Below, piece after piece: positions 51,494-61,712 of a stretch of 64,000 bases of DNA (within the stretch, counting starts at the first letter, position 1; every line of letters begins with the position of its first letter). Made by a program: the position numbers and the translations under genes. The DNA comes from an uncultured Chloroflexia bacterium (lineage in GTDB: Bacteria > Chloroflexota > Limnocylindria > Limnocylindrales > CSP1-4): the NCBI GenBank assembly GCA_963759495.1, contig CAVWZL010000013.1, positions 56,466-120,465 of the forward strand. Reading direction: 5' to 3'. Below the pieces are notes generated by a model, which had not been told where the DNA came from, made no database searches, and saw only the letters and a program-made list of their open reading frames with translations.

Positions 51494-51558
51494 TCCGGAC
51501 GGGCCCGGCCGCCGTCGCGAGCGCTGTACCATCCGCGAAACCCGTCCCCGAGGATGCG

Positions 51559-52662
51559 ATGCCCACCCCCAGCACGATCCGCCAGGCGCCCAAGGCGCTG
51601 CTCCACGACCACCTCGACGGCGGCCTGCGCCCGGCGACCATCATCGATCTGGCGTCCGAGTTCGGCTACGGCGGTCTCCCGACGACGGATGCCGCCGAGC
51701 TCGCGGCCTGGATCCGGCGCGGCGCCGACCGCAAGAGCCTGGAGCTGTATCTCGAGACCTTCGCGCACACGGTCGGTGTCCTCCAGGAGCGCGACGCGAT
51801 CATCCGCGTGGCCGCCGAGTGTGCCGAGGATCTCGCCGCGGACGGGATCGCCTATGCCGAGGTGCGCTACGCACCCGAGCTGTCCGTGGAGCGAGGGCTG
51901 ACCCTGGACGAGGTCATCGAGGCGAATCTGGAGGGGTTCCGGATCGGGTCCGAGCGCGCCGCGGCCGCGGGCCAGCCCATCGTCATGAAGGTGCTCGTCA
52001 CCGCGATGCGCCAGTTCGCCCGGTCGCTCGAGGTGGCGGAATGCGCCGTCCGCTGGCGCGATGCCGGCGTCGTCGGCTTCGACATCGCTGGGCCCGAGGC
52101 CGGCTACCGTCCGACGCGCTATCTCGAGGCCTTCGACTACGTGCGCCGCGAGAACTTCCACATCACGATCCATGCCGGCGAGTCGTTTGGACCGCCATCG
52201 ATCTGGGAGGCGCTCCAGTTCTGCGGCGCCGAGCGCCTGGGGCACGGCGTCCGGATCGTCGACGACATCGAGGTTCGCGAGGACGGCTCGGTCGAGCTCG
52301 GTCGGCTGGCGGCCTTCGTCCGCGACCGGCGGATCCCGCTCGAGATGTGCCCTACCTCGAACGTGCACACGGGCGCGGCGTCCTCGGTCGGGGAGCACCC
52401 GATCGACCTGCTGCGGCGCCTCCGTTACCGGGTCACGGTCAACACGGACAACCGGCTCATGAGCGGCGTGACGCTCAGCGACGAGTTTGCGGCGCTGGAC
52501 GAGGCCTTCGGGATCGGGTTGGGCGAGATGGAGTGGCTCACGATCAACGCGATGAAGAGCGCCTTCGCTCCGTTCGACGAGCGGCTGCGGATCATCAACG
52601 AGGTGGTCAAGCCCGGCTACGCGCACCTGCGCGCCCGCGAGTCGATGGTGGTGGCCCGCTAG
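51559..52662 (+). CDS. add: Adenosine deaminase
   Basis: [30 protein letters not shown]. Confidence 0.92.
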   Translation: MPTPSTIRQAPKALLHDHLDGGLRPATIIDLASEFGYGGLPTTDAAELAAWIRRGADRKSLELYLETFAHTVGVLQERDAIIRVAAECAEDLAADGIAYAEVRYAPELSVERGLTLDEVIEANLEGFRIGSERAAAAGQPIVMKVLVTAMRQFARSLEVAECAVRWRDAGVVGFDIAGPEAGYRPTRYLEAFDYVRRENFHITIHAGESFGPPSIWEALQFCGAERLGHGVRIVDDIEVREDGSVELGRLAAFVRDRRIPLEMCPTSNVHTGAASSVGEHPIDLLRRLRYRVTVNTDNRLMSGVTLSDEFAALDEAFGIGLGEMEWLTINAMKSAFAPFDERLRIINEVVKPGYAHLRARESMVVAR

Positions 52663-52681
52663 GACGCGAGGGTGTGGCCGG

Positions 52682-52880
52682 GGCGCGCCCGGGGAGCACT
52701 CGCATCCCCGAGACGCTGCGTCCCGTCCGCTGCTCGCCTGGCGTTCTGTACGACGGCTGGCGGCCCCGCCGGGCCCGGAGCTGCTCGTCCAGCGATCCAT
52801 CCAGTGCCCTGGGACGTCGTCTCGCTCGCCCGGCGTGCAGTTGCACGATCTCCGGCGCCGTACTGCTCGCCTGGCGAGCA
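52682..52880. repeat. Array of five degenerate 17-bp palindromes (REP/BIME-like)
   Basis: TGCTCGCCNGGCGAGCA-like copies at 52682, 52731, 52782, 52823, 52864. Confidence 0.65.
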
Positions 52881-52893
52881 ACGCCGGCGGAAC

Positions 52894-53386
52894 CTACGCT
52901 CCGGCGCGCAGCACCCAGTGGTTGACGCGCAGCCTGCCGGCCCGCATAGTCGACCTCGGTCTCCTCGACAAGCTCGAACCCGAACTTGCGGCAGAGCGCG
53001 TTCGAGGCAGCGTTGGTCACGCCCGGGAAGGCGTGGAGGTCGCCCCAGAAGCTCTCCCGGCGCGCCCGCTCCAGCAGCAGGCCGAGCGCCGCGCTGCCCA
53101 GCCCGCGTCCGTGATGCGCCGGGAGGATCGTCCACCCGAGCTCACTGATCGGCTCGCCCCGCCAGTCCGAACGCCACAGCATGATCGTGCCGACCGGGGA
53201 CGCCCCGGGCGCGGGCACGATCTTGAGGCAGAGACCCTGCGTGGGATCGAGATCGATCCGCTTGCGGTGGATCTCGGGGATTCGCTCCGGCGGCCACGGT
53301 CCGCCGAGCTCGGCCATGACGACCGGATCCGTCTCGAGCGCCAGCGCGAGCCACATGTCGGCGTCCGTGTAGGGCACGAGCTCCAT
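52894..53386 (-). CDS. GNAT (RimJ/RimL-like) acetyltransferase; indel near the 3' end
   Basis: ELGWTILP.HHGRGLG, AFP.VTN.ASNALCRK.GF; end RVNHWVL in a shifted frame. Confidence 0.82.
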
Positions 53387-53393
53387 GGCCAGC

Positions 53394-54668
53394 TCAGCCG
53401 GCCGCGGGCAGGGCGACGACGAAGCGGCTGCCACCATAGCCGTTCGGCTCGAGCCACACGCGGCCGCCCATCGCGTCCATCAGCCGCCGGGCGGCGAAGA
53501 GCCCGATCCCTGACCCACGGCTGCGACCGCGGCCCTCGATCCGCACGAATGGCTCGAACACGCTCTCCCAGTCCTCGATCGGCACGCCCGGTCCGTCGTC
53601 GGTGACGTAGACCTGGATCTCGGTTCCCTTGCGCCACACGCCGATGCTGACGCCGTCCGCCGACGGGGCGTACTTCGACTCGTTCTCGAGCAGCTGTTCG
53701 AGCACCTGCCGGAAGCGCGCGTCGTCGCCCACGGCCACCAGCCGTTCGTCGGGGCGGGTCCAGCGAATCAGGTGCGGCCGGAGCACGAGCCGGAGGGTGT
53801 CCACGGTCTCGTCCACGGCCGCCACCGCGTCGAACGGTGCCCGCGACAGGCCGGTCAGCCCCTCGCCACGCACCGAGGCGAGGATCGAGTCGACGAGCCG
53901 GTCGAGCCGCGAGACCTGGTCGAGCGCGGCAGCACGCCACTCTCGGGCCACCGCAGGGTCGGGGACGGGTGCGGCACCGGATGCGGCGTCGCCGAGCAGG
54001 TCGACGTACGCCCGGACCACCGACAGCGGTGTGCGCAGCTCGTGGGTCACGACGGACAGGAGCTCGGCCCGGGCCGCGTCGAGCGCGGTCAGCTGCTCGA
54101 GCCGCCCCTCGATCTCCGCCTGCAGGCGCCCCTTCTCGACGATCCCGGCCAGCAGCGCGGCGATCGTGCGCAGGAAGGCGATCTCGGAGGGTCGAAAGCG
54201 ACGCTGCTCGAGCGTCTGGACGTTGAGCACCCCCACGACCCCGGCATGCCAGACGAGCGGCACGGACAGCATCGCGTGCAGCCCCTGGATGTCGAACCCG
54301 CGGACCCAGCTGAAGCGTGGATCGACGGTCACGTCGCGGACAGCGATCGGCTCGCGGGTGTCGGCCGCCCGCCCGGTGATCCCTTCCCCGAGTGCCAGGC
54401 TCACCTTGCCGACCTGTGACCGATCGAGCCCGTTGGTCGCGGCCAGGGTCAGGCGGTTCGTCGTTCGGTCGGCGAGGTAGAACGAGCACACCTCGACGCC
54501 CATCGCGACCGTCGTCCGCTCGACGATCGTGCGCATCAGCTCGTCCCAGTCACGGGCCTGCGTTGCCAGCTGCGCGATCTCGTGCAGGAACGACAGCTCC
54601 TGCAGGCGCCGTCCGGCGGCCGGTCGCGTCGTGGAGCGCCCCGGCGTCTCGCCCGTCTCCCTCGTCAT
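53394..54668 (-). CDS. Cytoplasmic GAF-domain histidine kinase
   Basis: GEGITG GAF, THELRTPL, DDGPG, FEPF.R, GSGIGL. Confidence 0.88.
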   Translation of the reverse strand: MTRETGETPGRSTTRPAAGRRLQELSFLHEIAQLATQARDWDELMRTIVERTTVAMGVEVCSFYLADRTTNRLTLAATNGLDRSQVGKVSLALGEGITGRAADTREPIAVRDVTVDPRFSWVRGFDIQGLHAMLSVPLVWHAGVVGVLNVQTLEQRRFRPSEIAFLRTIAALLAGIVEKGRLQAEIEGRLEQLTALDAARAELLSVVTHELRTPLSVVRAYVDLLGDAASGAAPVPDPAVAREWRAAALDQVSRLDRLVDSILASVRGEGLTGLSRAPFDAVAAVDETVDTLRLVLRPHLIRWTRPDERLVAVGDDARFRQVLEQLLENESKYAPSADGVSIGVWRKGTEIQVYVTDDGPGVPIEDWESVFEPFVRIEGRGRSRGSGIGLFAARRLMDAMGGRVWLEPNGYGGSRFVVALPAAG

Positions 54669-54845
54669 GCCTCCGATGATGGCGCATCCGCGGCCACGGG
54701 GCGGAGCAGCGTCCGCTTCGACATCGGGTTGAGCCGCCCGGCGACCGCTTCCGGCCGGATGGCCACATCGCCATGGCCGCCAGGACCGCGAATCAGGCAC
54801 AGCCCGGGGGACGCGCTAGACTCCCGGGCTGTGCACAGCTACCTC

Positions 54846-55781
54846 ATGCGGGCGCCTGGCGCCCGCGTTCCTCTCATCAGCCTGGCCCTCGTCGTCGCGC
54901 TCGCGGCGTGCGGGCCGACGACACCGACGGATGCCCCGAGCGCCCCGCCAACGGTCGCTGCCAGCCCGAGCCCCAGCCGCTCCACCGAGCCGGCCTCGCC
55001 CGGCGCACCCTCCGCGTCCACGGGCACCGTCGCAAACGCCGGCCAGATCGACGACCTGCGCGAGGCCGCGCTCGCGAGCGTCGCCGAAGGCACCGTGCGG
55101 ATGGTCTACTCGATCGAGTTCGATGGCGCGACGACGGTCCAGGACGGGCTCTTCCTCTCGGGTCGCGGCCAGACCTCGTTCGGGGAGCCGCGCCGGGCGC
55201 ACCTGTCGGCCACGCTCCAGAACGAGGCCTTTGGCAGCTACGAGATGATCCTCGACGATCGCCAGCTGTACCTGAAGGGCGACGTCGTGGCCCAGATCGT
55301 TCCGGCCGGGCGGTGGCTGGGCGTCGACCTCGACTCCAATCACCGGATGGTGGCCAGCTTCGCGTCGCTGGCGTCGGGCCAGAACGACTCGTCACTCGCC
55401 CTGTTCTACGTCCTCGGCACGACCGGCGACGTGCGGGTCAGCCCCGGTGAGTCGATCGACGGCAGGGAGACGACCCGATACGCAACGGCGATCGACCTCG
55501 ACGAGGTGCGCGACCGCGTTCCGCCGGAATTGGCCGAGGCGCTCGAGACGAACATCGCCGCGCTCGAGGCCGGCGGTATCTCGCCCGCGATCGAGGCGCA
55601 GGTGTGGGTGAACACGGCCGGCCGGGTGGTTCGAACCCGCTACGTCTACACGCTCGGCGCGGGTGAGGGCGGCGGGCAGCTGATCGGCACGTACGGATTC
55701 AGCGACTTCGGTGCCCCGATGGACGAGGTGATCCCGACCGAGGGCGAGGTGATCTCGCTCGAGGACGCAGTCGCCTCCTGA
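54846..55781 (+). CDS. Lipoprotein (possibly LppX/LprAFG-like)
   Basis: Lipobox LAAC, Pro/Ser linker, E.IDG.ETT.Y, VWV...G, FSDFG.P. Confidence 0.6.
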   Translation: MRAPGARVPLISLALVVALAACGPTTPTDAPSAPPTVAASPSPSRSTEPASPGAPSASTGTVANAGQIDDLREAALASVAEGTVRMVYSIEFDGATTVQDGLFLSGRGQTSFGEPRRAHLSATLQNEAFGSYEMILDDRQLYLKGDVVAQIVPAGRWLGVDLDSNHRMVASFASLASGQNDSSLALFYVLGTTGDVRVSPGESIDGRETTRYATAIDLDEVRDRVPPELAEALETNIAALEAGGISPAIEAQVWVNTAGRVVRTRYVYTLGAGEGGGQLIGTYGFSDFGAPMDEVIPTEGEVISLEDAVAS

Positions 55782-55787
55782 CGCGGA

Positions 55788-57072
55788 TCAGACGCCGGCG
55801 GGGGTCGGGTCCTCGATCGTCGTCGGCAGCTGCTCGAGCAGCGGCTCGGTCCAGCTCCAGGCCGCCCCGTACGACCGTCCGACCGCACCATGGCGAGCCG
55901 CCTCGACCCGTAGCGGCAGGCCGAAGATCTCGATGAAGCCGACGGCTGCCGCGTGATCGAACGCATCGCCCTCGTCGTACGTGGCGAGCGACTTGTCGTA
56001 CAGGGACAGGGGTGAGCGTCGCCCCACGACGACGGCCTGAGCCATGATCGAGCCGAACGCGGACCTCGCCCGAGACGACGCGCTGCGATGACGCGACGTA
56101 GCCGCGCAGGTCGCGGGACAGGGCGCTGAACCACAGGCCGTCGTAGATCAGACGGGCGAGCTCGTCCGCGACCAGCCGGTTGAACCGGAGCGTGTCGCGC
56201 GACAGCGTGAGCCCCTCGAGCGCGCGGTGCGCTTCGTGCAGGATCGTCGCCGCCGGCACCTCGTAGATCTCGCGGCTCTTGATGCCGACCAGGCGGTCCT
56301 CGACGTGGTCGACCCGTCCGACGCCATGCGCCCCGCCGAGCGCGTGCAGTCGCTCGACGAGCTCGACGGCCCCCAGCCGCTCGCCGTCGAGCGCGACCGG
56401 GATCCCGCCCTCGAACTCGAGGCTGAGCTCGACCGGCTCGGGTGCGTCGCCCGGCGCGACCGTCCACTCGTAGGCGTCGGCCGGCGGCGTGACCCACGGG
56501 TCCTCGAGCACGCCGGTCTCGCACGAGCGCCCCCACAGGTTGACGTCGATCGAGTAGGGGGACGCCTTCGTGATCGGAATCTCGATCCCGCGCTCTGCCG
56601 CGTAGTCGATCTCCTGGTCGCGCGTCAGACCCATCCCGACGCGCATCGGGGCGACGACCTCGAGGCTCGGGTTCAGCGCGTGGGTCGCCACGTCGAAGCG
56701 GACCTGGTCGTTGCCCTTGCCCGTGCAGCCGTGCGCGACCGCATCGGCGCCTTCCTTCGCGGCCACCTCGACCAGCAGCTGCGCGATCAGCGGTCGGGCG
56801 AGGGCCGTCGCAAGCGGGTACGCGCCCTGGTACATCGCGTTTGCCTGGAGATGCGGCCACACGAAATCAGTCACGAACCGCTCGCGCGCATCGACGACGT
56901 ACGCGCGCGATGCCCCCGCCGACATGGCGCGGCCCTCGACCCCGGGTCGCAGCGAGCCTCCGCCAAGGTCCACGGTCAGGGTGATGACCTCGACGCCGAA
57001 TTGCTCCTTGAGCCAGGCCACGGCGACGGACGTGTCGAGGCCGCCCGAGTAGGCGAGCACCACCTTGTTCAT
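55788..57072 (-). CDS. argG: Argininosuccinate synthase; frameshift near 56040
   Basis: [40 protein letters not shown]. Confidence 0.96.
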
Positions 57073-57614
57073 GCGCGGGAACCTCCGGGAACGAGCGAGG
57101 CCGATCGGTCGAGATCGGGTTCCGAGCCGACGACCGGCAGCGCCTGGATGGAGCGGAAGCGTTCGAGCCAGCGCTCGAGTCGGGCCTCGTCGGCGAACAG
57201 GACGAGGAGCGTATTGTCGCCCGCGAGCGTGCCCTCCTGCTCGTGGAGCGTGGACTCGTCGATGGCCTGCGCGACGACGCTTGCGGTCCCGGGGGTGCCG
57301 GTGAGCACGAGCGTCAGCCCGCTGCGACCGACCGTGACCGGCACATCGCCGAGGATGCGACGCAATCGCTCATCGCTGGCCGGCGGTGGCGGTGGAGCGA
57401 CATCCTGGGCCGCCACATAGACGTGCGCCCCCGCCCGCGGCGCCTTGACGAGGCCGAGCTCGGCGATATCGCGCGAGACCGTGGCCTGGGTCACCTCGAA
57501 GCCCTGCGCGGAGAGCGCGTCGACCACCTCGCGCTGGCTGCTGACCGGCTGGCCCGCCACGAGCTGGCGGATCGCGCGCTGGCGGAGCCGCTTGAGCTCC
57601 TGGCCGGCGTTCAT
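57069..57614 (-). CDS. argR: Arginine repressor
   Basis: VTQATVSRDI.ELGLVK, GTLAGDNT. Confidence 0.95.
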   Translation of the reverse strand: MNAGQELKRLRQRAIRQLVAGQPVSSQREVVDALSAQGFEVTQATVSRDIAELGLVKAPRAGAHVYVAAQDVAPPPPPASDERLRRILGDVPVTVGRSGLTLVLTGTPGTASVVAQAIDESTLHEQEGTLAGDNTLLVLFADEARLERWLERFRSIQALPVVGSEPDLDRSASLVPGGSRA

Positions 57615-58399
57615 GCCGCGCCGACATTCGCCGGACGACCGGCCGTGATCCGCGTCCCGAAGGTCGGATCGGTGAGCGCGCGCTGCAGGGCGTGCTCGGC
57701 CGAGGAGTCGGCGATGATCGCCTCCGACCCGTCCCACGTCACGGCGGCCAGCGCGGCGCGGATCTTGGGCACCATCCCGCCTGCGATGACGCCGGTGTCG
57801 ATCAGGGTCTCCGCCTCGCCGACGGTCAGCGTGTCGAGCCGGCGGCCGTCAGCGTCGCGGACCCCGTCGACGTCCGTCATCAGGACGAGCTGACGCGCGC
57901 CAAGTCCCGCGGCGATCCCGGCAGCGGCATCGTCCGCGTTGACGTTGCACACGATCCCGGACTCGTCTCGGGCCAGCGGCGCCACGACCGGCACCTGTCC
58001 GCCGACGAGGATCGCATCGAGGAGGTCGCGCCGCAGCCCGACGATGCGTGCCACGAGCCCGAGCTCGGGGATCCGCTCGGCGACGAGCAGCCCGCCATCG
58101 ACGCCCGACAGCCCGACCGCATCCACGCCCAGCCCGCGCAGCCCGGCGACGAGCTCGCTGTTGACGACGCCGCGCAGGACCGCCGCGGCCACCTCGAGCG
58201 CGGCCGGGTCCGTGACCCTGAGCCCGCCCTCGAAGCGCGACGGCACCCCGAGCCGCTCGAGCCATTCGGTGATCCGCTTGCCGCCACCGTGGACCAGCAC
58301 CACGGGACGGGTGCGCGCGACCGCGGCCACCTCGTCGAGCACCTGCGACTGGTCCGCGATCGTCGTCCCACCAAGCTTGAGGACGAGGATTTCGCTCAC
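57611..58399 (-). CDS. argB: Acetylglutamate kinase
   Basis: LKLGG, VHGGG, GLRVTD, NVNAD, GGMVPK. Confidence 0.95.
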   Translation of the reverse strand: MSEILVLKLGGTTIADQSQVLDEVAAVARTRPVVLVHGGGKRITEWLERLGVPSRFEGGLRVTDPAALEVAAAVLRGVVNSELVAGLRGLGVDAVGLSGVDGGLLVAERIPELGLVARIVGLRRDLLDAILVGGQVPVVAPLARDESGIVCNVNADDAAAGIAAGLGARQLVLMTDVDGVRDADGRRLDTLTVGEAETLIDTGVIAGGMVPKIRAALAAVTWDGSEAIIADSSAEHALQRALTDPTFGTRITAGRPANVGAA

Positions 58400-59781
58400 G
58401 TCGTGTACTCGGAGTTCTCGATCACGTACTGCTCGGTCAGGTCGCAGCCGAATGCCTCCCCCGTGCCGGCGCCGAGCCCGAGGTCGAGCCGGACGAGCAG
58501 CTCCGGGGCATCCATGGCGGCCCGTGCCGCGTCCCTGTCGAACGGGACCGGGCCGCCGGCTGTGCCGTCGAACACGAGATGCCCGGCAATGGCGATTCGG
58601 AGACGGTCAGGATCGACGACCGCCGCCGTGCCGGCTCGCTGGCCCGCCTCGTCCGGGGCCATGTCGCCGGCCACGAGGACAGCGGCGTCTGCCAGCACGG
58701 CGTTTCCCGCGGCTCCAGCGATTCGACCCCAGTTCGGGTCACGACCGTGCACGGCGGCCTTCACCAGGCTCGACGAGACGACCGCCCGTGCCACGGCCCG
58801 CGCCTCTGCATCGTCCCGCGCCCCGGAGACCTGGCACGTCAGGAGGGTCGCCGCGCCCTCGCCATCCGCGGCCTGCTGTCGGGCGAGGTCGCGGGCAACG
58901 GCTTCGATGGCGCGCCCCAGGGCAGCGGCGGCCGGCGAGCCCGGCGTGACCGGCGCGTGCGCAGCGCGACCGGAGGCCAGGACGAACACCGTGTCGTTCG
59001 TGCTCGTGTCGCCGTCAACGGACAGCTGGTTCCACGTCCGAGCCGCCGCCGGCCGGAGGAGCGTGGCAAGGACCGACGGTTCGACCGCCGCGTCCGTCAG
59101 CACGACCGACAGCATCGTGGCCATCCGGGGATGGATCATCCCGACGCCCTTTGCGATGCCCGACACCGTGACGCGGGCGGTGGCGTCCCGCTCGTCGTCC
59201 GGCGGCAGCTCAACGGTCGTCGTCGCGATCTTCGTCACGGAGTCGGTCGTGCGGAGTGCAATGGCCGCCGCCTCGAGCCCGCCGTCGTCCGTGCTGATCG
59301 AGCCTGCCAGCTGCCCGACGCCGGCCTCGACCCGGTCGAGCGGCAGTCGCGTCCCGATGACCCCCGTCGACAGGTGCAGGACGCGGTCGAGCTCGATGCC
59401 CGTTGCCGCCGCCACGATCCGACCGACCTCGGCCTGGTCGGCGTCACCCGCCGCGCCCGTGGCCGCGTTCGCGGAGCCGCTCGTCGAGACCACGACCTCG
59501 GCCCAGCCGTGCCGTCCGGACGGATCGCCCGAGGTCGCGGCGAGGTTCCGTTGTGACTGGCGGACCGGGGCCGCGGCGAAGGCGTTCGGGGTGAACACGG
59601 CAGCCACCGATGCCGGTCCCGCGGTGGTGCGGATCAATGCGAGATCGGGCCGCCCCGAAGCCTTGATACCGGCGGCCATGCCACCCGCGGCAAAGCCGGC
59701 CGGGAGCACCGCGCGTCGCTCGACTGCAGGCAGCTCGCTGGGCAGCTCCACCAGCGGGTCCGCCACGGGCGTCGTCGTCAT
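58396..59781 (-). CDS. argJ: Glutamate N-acetyltransferase / ornithine acetyltransferase
   Basis: AKG.GMIHP.MATML, DGDTSTND, DGEGA, DPNWGRI, CDLT. Confidence 0.95.
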   Translation of the reverse strand: MTTTPVADPLVELPSELPAVERRAVLPAGFAAGGMAAGIKASGRPDLALIRTTAGPASVAAVFTPNAFAAAPVRQSQRNLAATSGDPSGRHGWAEVVVSTSGSANAATGAAGDADQAEVGRIVAAATGIELDRVLHLSTGVIGTRLPLDRVEAGVGQLAGSISTDDGGLEAAAIALRTTDSVTKIATTTVELPPDDERDATARVTVSGIAKGVGMIHPRMATMLSVVLTDAAVEPSVLATLLRPAAARTWNQLSVDGDTSTNDTVFVLASGRAAHAPVTPGSPAAAALGRAIEAVARDLARQQAADGEGAATLLTCQVSGARDDAEARAVARAVVSSSLVKAAVHGRDPNWGRIAGAAGNAVLADAAVLVAGDMAPDEAGQRAGTAAVVDPDRLRIAIAGHLVFDGTAGGPVPFDRDAARAAMDAPELLVRLDLGLGAGTGEAFGCDLTEQYVIENSEYTT

Positions 59782-59794
59782 GGCGTCTGGCCGG

Positions 59795-60930
59795 CTACGG
59801 GGCCAGCGGCAGCTGCTCGAGACCCGCGGTCTCCGGCAGCCCGTGCACGATGTTGAAGGCCTGGACGCCCTGTCCGGCCGCGCCCTTGACCAGGTTGTCG
59901 ATCACGCCGAGGGCCAGGACCCGCCCCGTTCGGGCGTCATGCGTGACGTGGATCCGCGCCTGGTTCGACCCGAGGACGTGCTTCGTGGTCGGCGGTGCCG
60001 CAACGACCCGCACGAACGGCTCGCCGGCGTATGCCTCGGCGTAGAGCGCGTCCAGCTCCGCCTGGTCGACGGCGCGCGTGGGTCGCACGTGACAGGCCGA
60101 CAGGATGCCCCGCGTCATGGGGATCAGGTGGGGGAGGAAGTCGACCCCGACCGCTCCGGGGTTTGCGCCCTCCGGCCCGAGCAGCCCCAGCTCCTGCTCG
60201 ATCTCGGCGACGTGGCGGTGTCCGCCGATCCCGTACGCCTTCACGCTCTCGTTGACCTCGCCGAACATGCAGCTCCTGCTTGATCTCGCGACCCGCGCCG
60301 GAGACGCCGCTCTTCGCGTCGATCACGAGGTCACCGATGAGCCCGGCACGCGCGAGCGGTGCAAGCGCGAGGATCGTCGCCGTTGGATAGCAGCCGGGAG
60401 CGCCCACGATCGCGCTTGGCGCGTCCTGGAGTGCCTCGAGCTCGGCCCGATGGAGCTCCGGGAGACCGTATACGGCAGCCGTCGGCGACTTCGGGATTGG
60501 GATGCTCGAAGCCGTACCAGCGCGGATAGTCGGCTGGCGCGCGCAACCGGAAGTCCGGCCCGAGATCGATGACGGTCGTCCCCGCTGCCGCCATCTCCGG
60601 GACGCGCGACGCGGCCTGGCCATGGGGGAGTGCGAGGAACACGGCGTCCACGTCGGGGAGGTCCGTGTCGACGGCGAGGCCGGTGCCCTCGAGATGCCGG
60701 TGGGTGAGCTCGATCGGCTCGTGATCGCGGTCGCGGCCCTGCAGGCCGACGATCTCGACGTTCGGATGCCGGGTCAGGAGGCGGATCAGCTCGGCGCCGA
60801 CGTAGCCGGTGGCGCCAATGATGCCGACGCGGATCCGCCGTTCGCCCTCGGCACCGCGGACGCCCCGTTCCGTGCGGGAGAGACCAGTTCGGCGGTCCGT
60901 CGCGACTGCCGCACTCGACGCTGCGCTCAC
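59795..60930 (-). CDS. argC: N-acetyl-gamma-glutamyl-phosphate reductase; two frameshifts, start uncertain
   Basis: [44 protein letters not shown]. Confidence 0.93.
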
Positions 60931-60997
60931 AGGCGCACGGGGCCCCTCGCCGGGGGCAGGGTCGAGGCTGCGAAGATCGGATGGACCGCCGTCATGG

Positions 60998-61036
60998 TTC
61001 GTATGACTATACATCGTCGCTGCATACTCATGCAAG
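60998..61036 (-). promoter_or_regulatory. Tandem ARG boxes overlapping the arg operon promoter
   Basis: TGCATACTCATGCA and CGTATGACTATACA 21 bp apart; minus strand TTGCAT-18 nt-TATAGT. Confidence 0.8.
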
Positions 61037-61086
61037 TGCTGCTCGCTTTGGGCAGACCAGCATACCGCCCGGTGCGACCCGCGGCG

Positions 61087-61121
61087 ATCTCCTACTCAAC
61101 CAGTAGAAGTTGTGCTAGGCT
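61087..61121 (+). promoter_or_regulatory. Inverted-repeat operator plus -10 TAGGCT upstream of the DUF4395 gene
   Basis: CTACT-caacc-AGTAG in an AT-rich patch. Confidence 0.5.
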
Positions 61122-61184
61122 CCGGCCTCTCGACGCGCTGGGACGACTCCGGCCGCAGCGCCTGCCGAGCCCGTGGAGACCCAC

Positions 61185-61712
61185 ATGCCACCGACTCCCG
61201 CCGCCGCGACTCCGGGCCTTCCCCCGGCTGGGCGCATCGACCCGCGCGGTTTGCGTTTTGGCGCGGGCGTGTCGGCGGTTGCGCTCGTTGTCGGTGCCCT
61301 GACGGATTCGCGATGGCTCGTCCCGGTCATCCTGCTGTCGATCGGCTCGAGCGCAGCCTTCGGCATGCGCTGGTCGGTCTATGGCGCGACGTGGCGCCGG
61401 CTTGTGCCGCTGCTCCGACTGGGCCGCGTCGAACCCGAGCACGAGTACCCGCCGCGCTTCGCCCAGACGCTCGGCAGCGTCGCGCTGGCACTCTCGCTGG
61501 TCGCTCTCCTGCTCGGCGCGACAACCCTCGGATGGGCCCTGGCGCTCGCGGTTGCGGGGCTACAGGGCCTGCTCGCGACCACCGGCTACTGCCTCGGCTG
61601 CAAGCTGTACTTCCTGCGCTGGTGGGTGCCGTCAGCCGTCACGGCACTCTGGACGCGCGGTCGGAGCCGCGAGGCACAGGCTGCATACGGCGGGTCGATC
61701 AGCTACCGCTGA
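61185..61712 (+). CDS. DUF4395 membrane protein
   Basis: IDPRG.RF, E..PPRFAQ.LG, GYCLGC.LY. Confidence 0.85.
   Translation: MPPTPAAATPGLPPAGRIDPRGLRFGAGVSAVALVVGALTDSRWLVPVILLSIGSSAAFGMRWSVYGATWRRLVPLLRLGRVEPEHEYPPRFAQTLGSVALALSLVALLLGATTLGWALALAVAGLQGLLATTGYCLGCKLYFLRWWVPSAVTALWTRGRSREAQAAYGGSISYR

Noticed and set aside
52682-52880. CRISPR array
   Set aside because: Repeats are only 17 bp and degenerate, spacing is irregular, and there is no leader or cas gene in the window.
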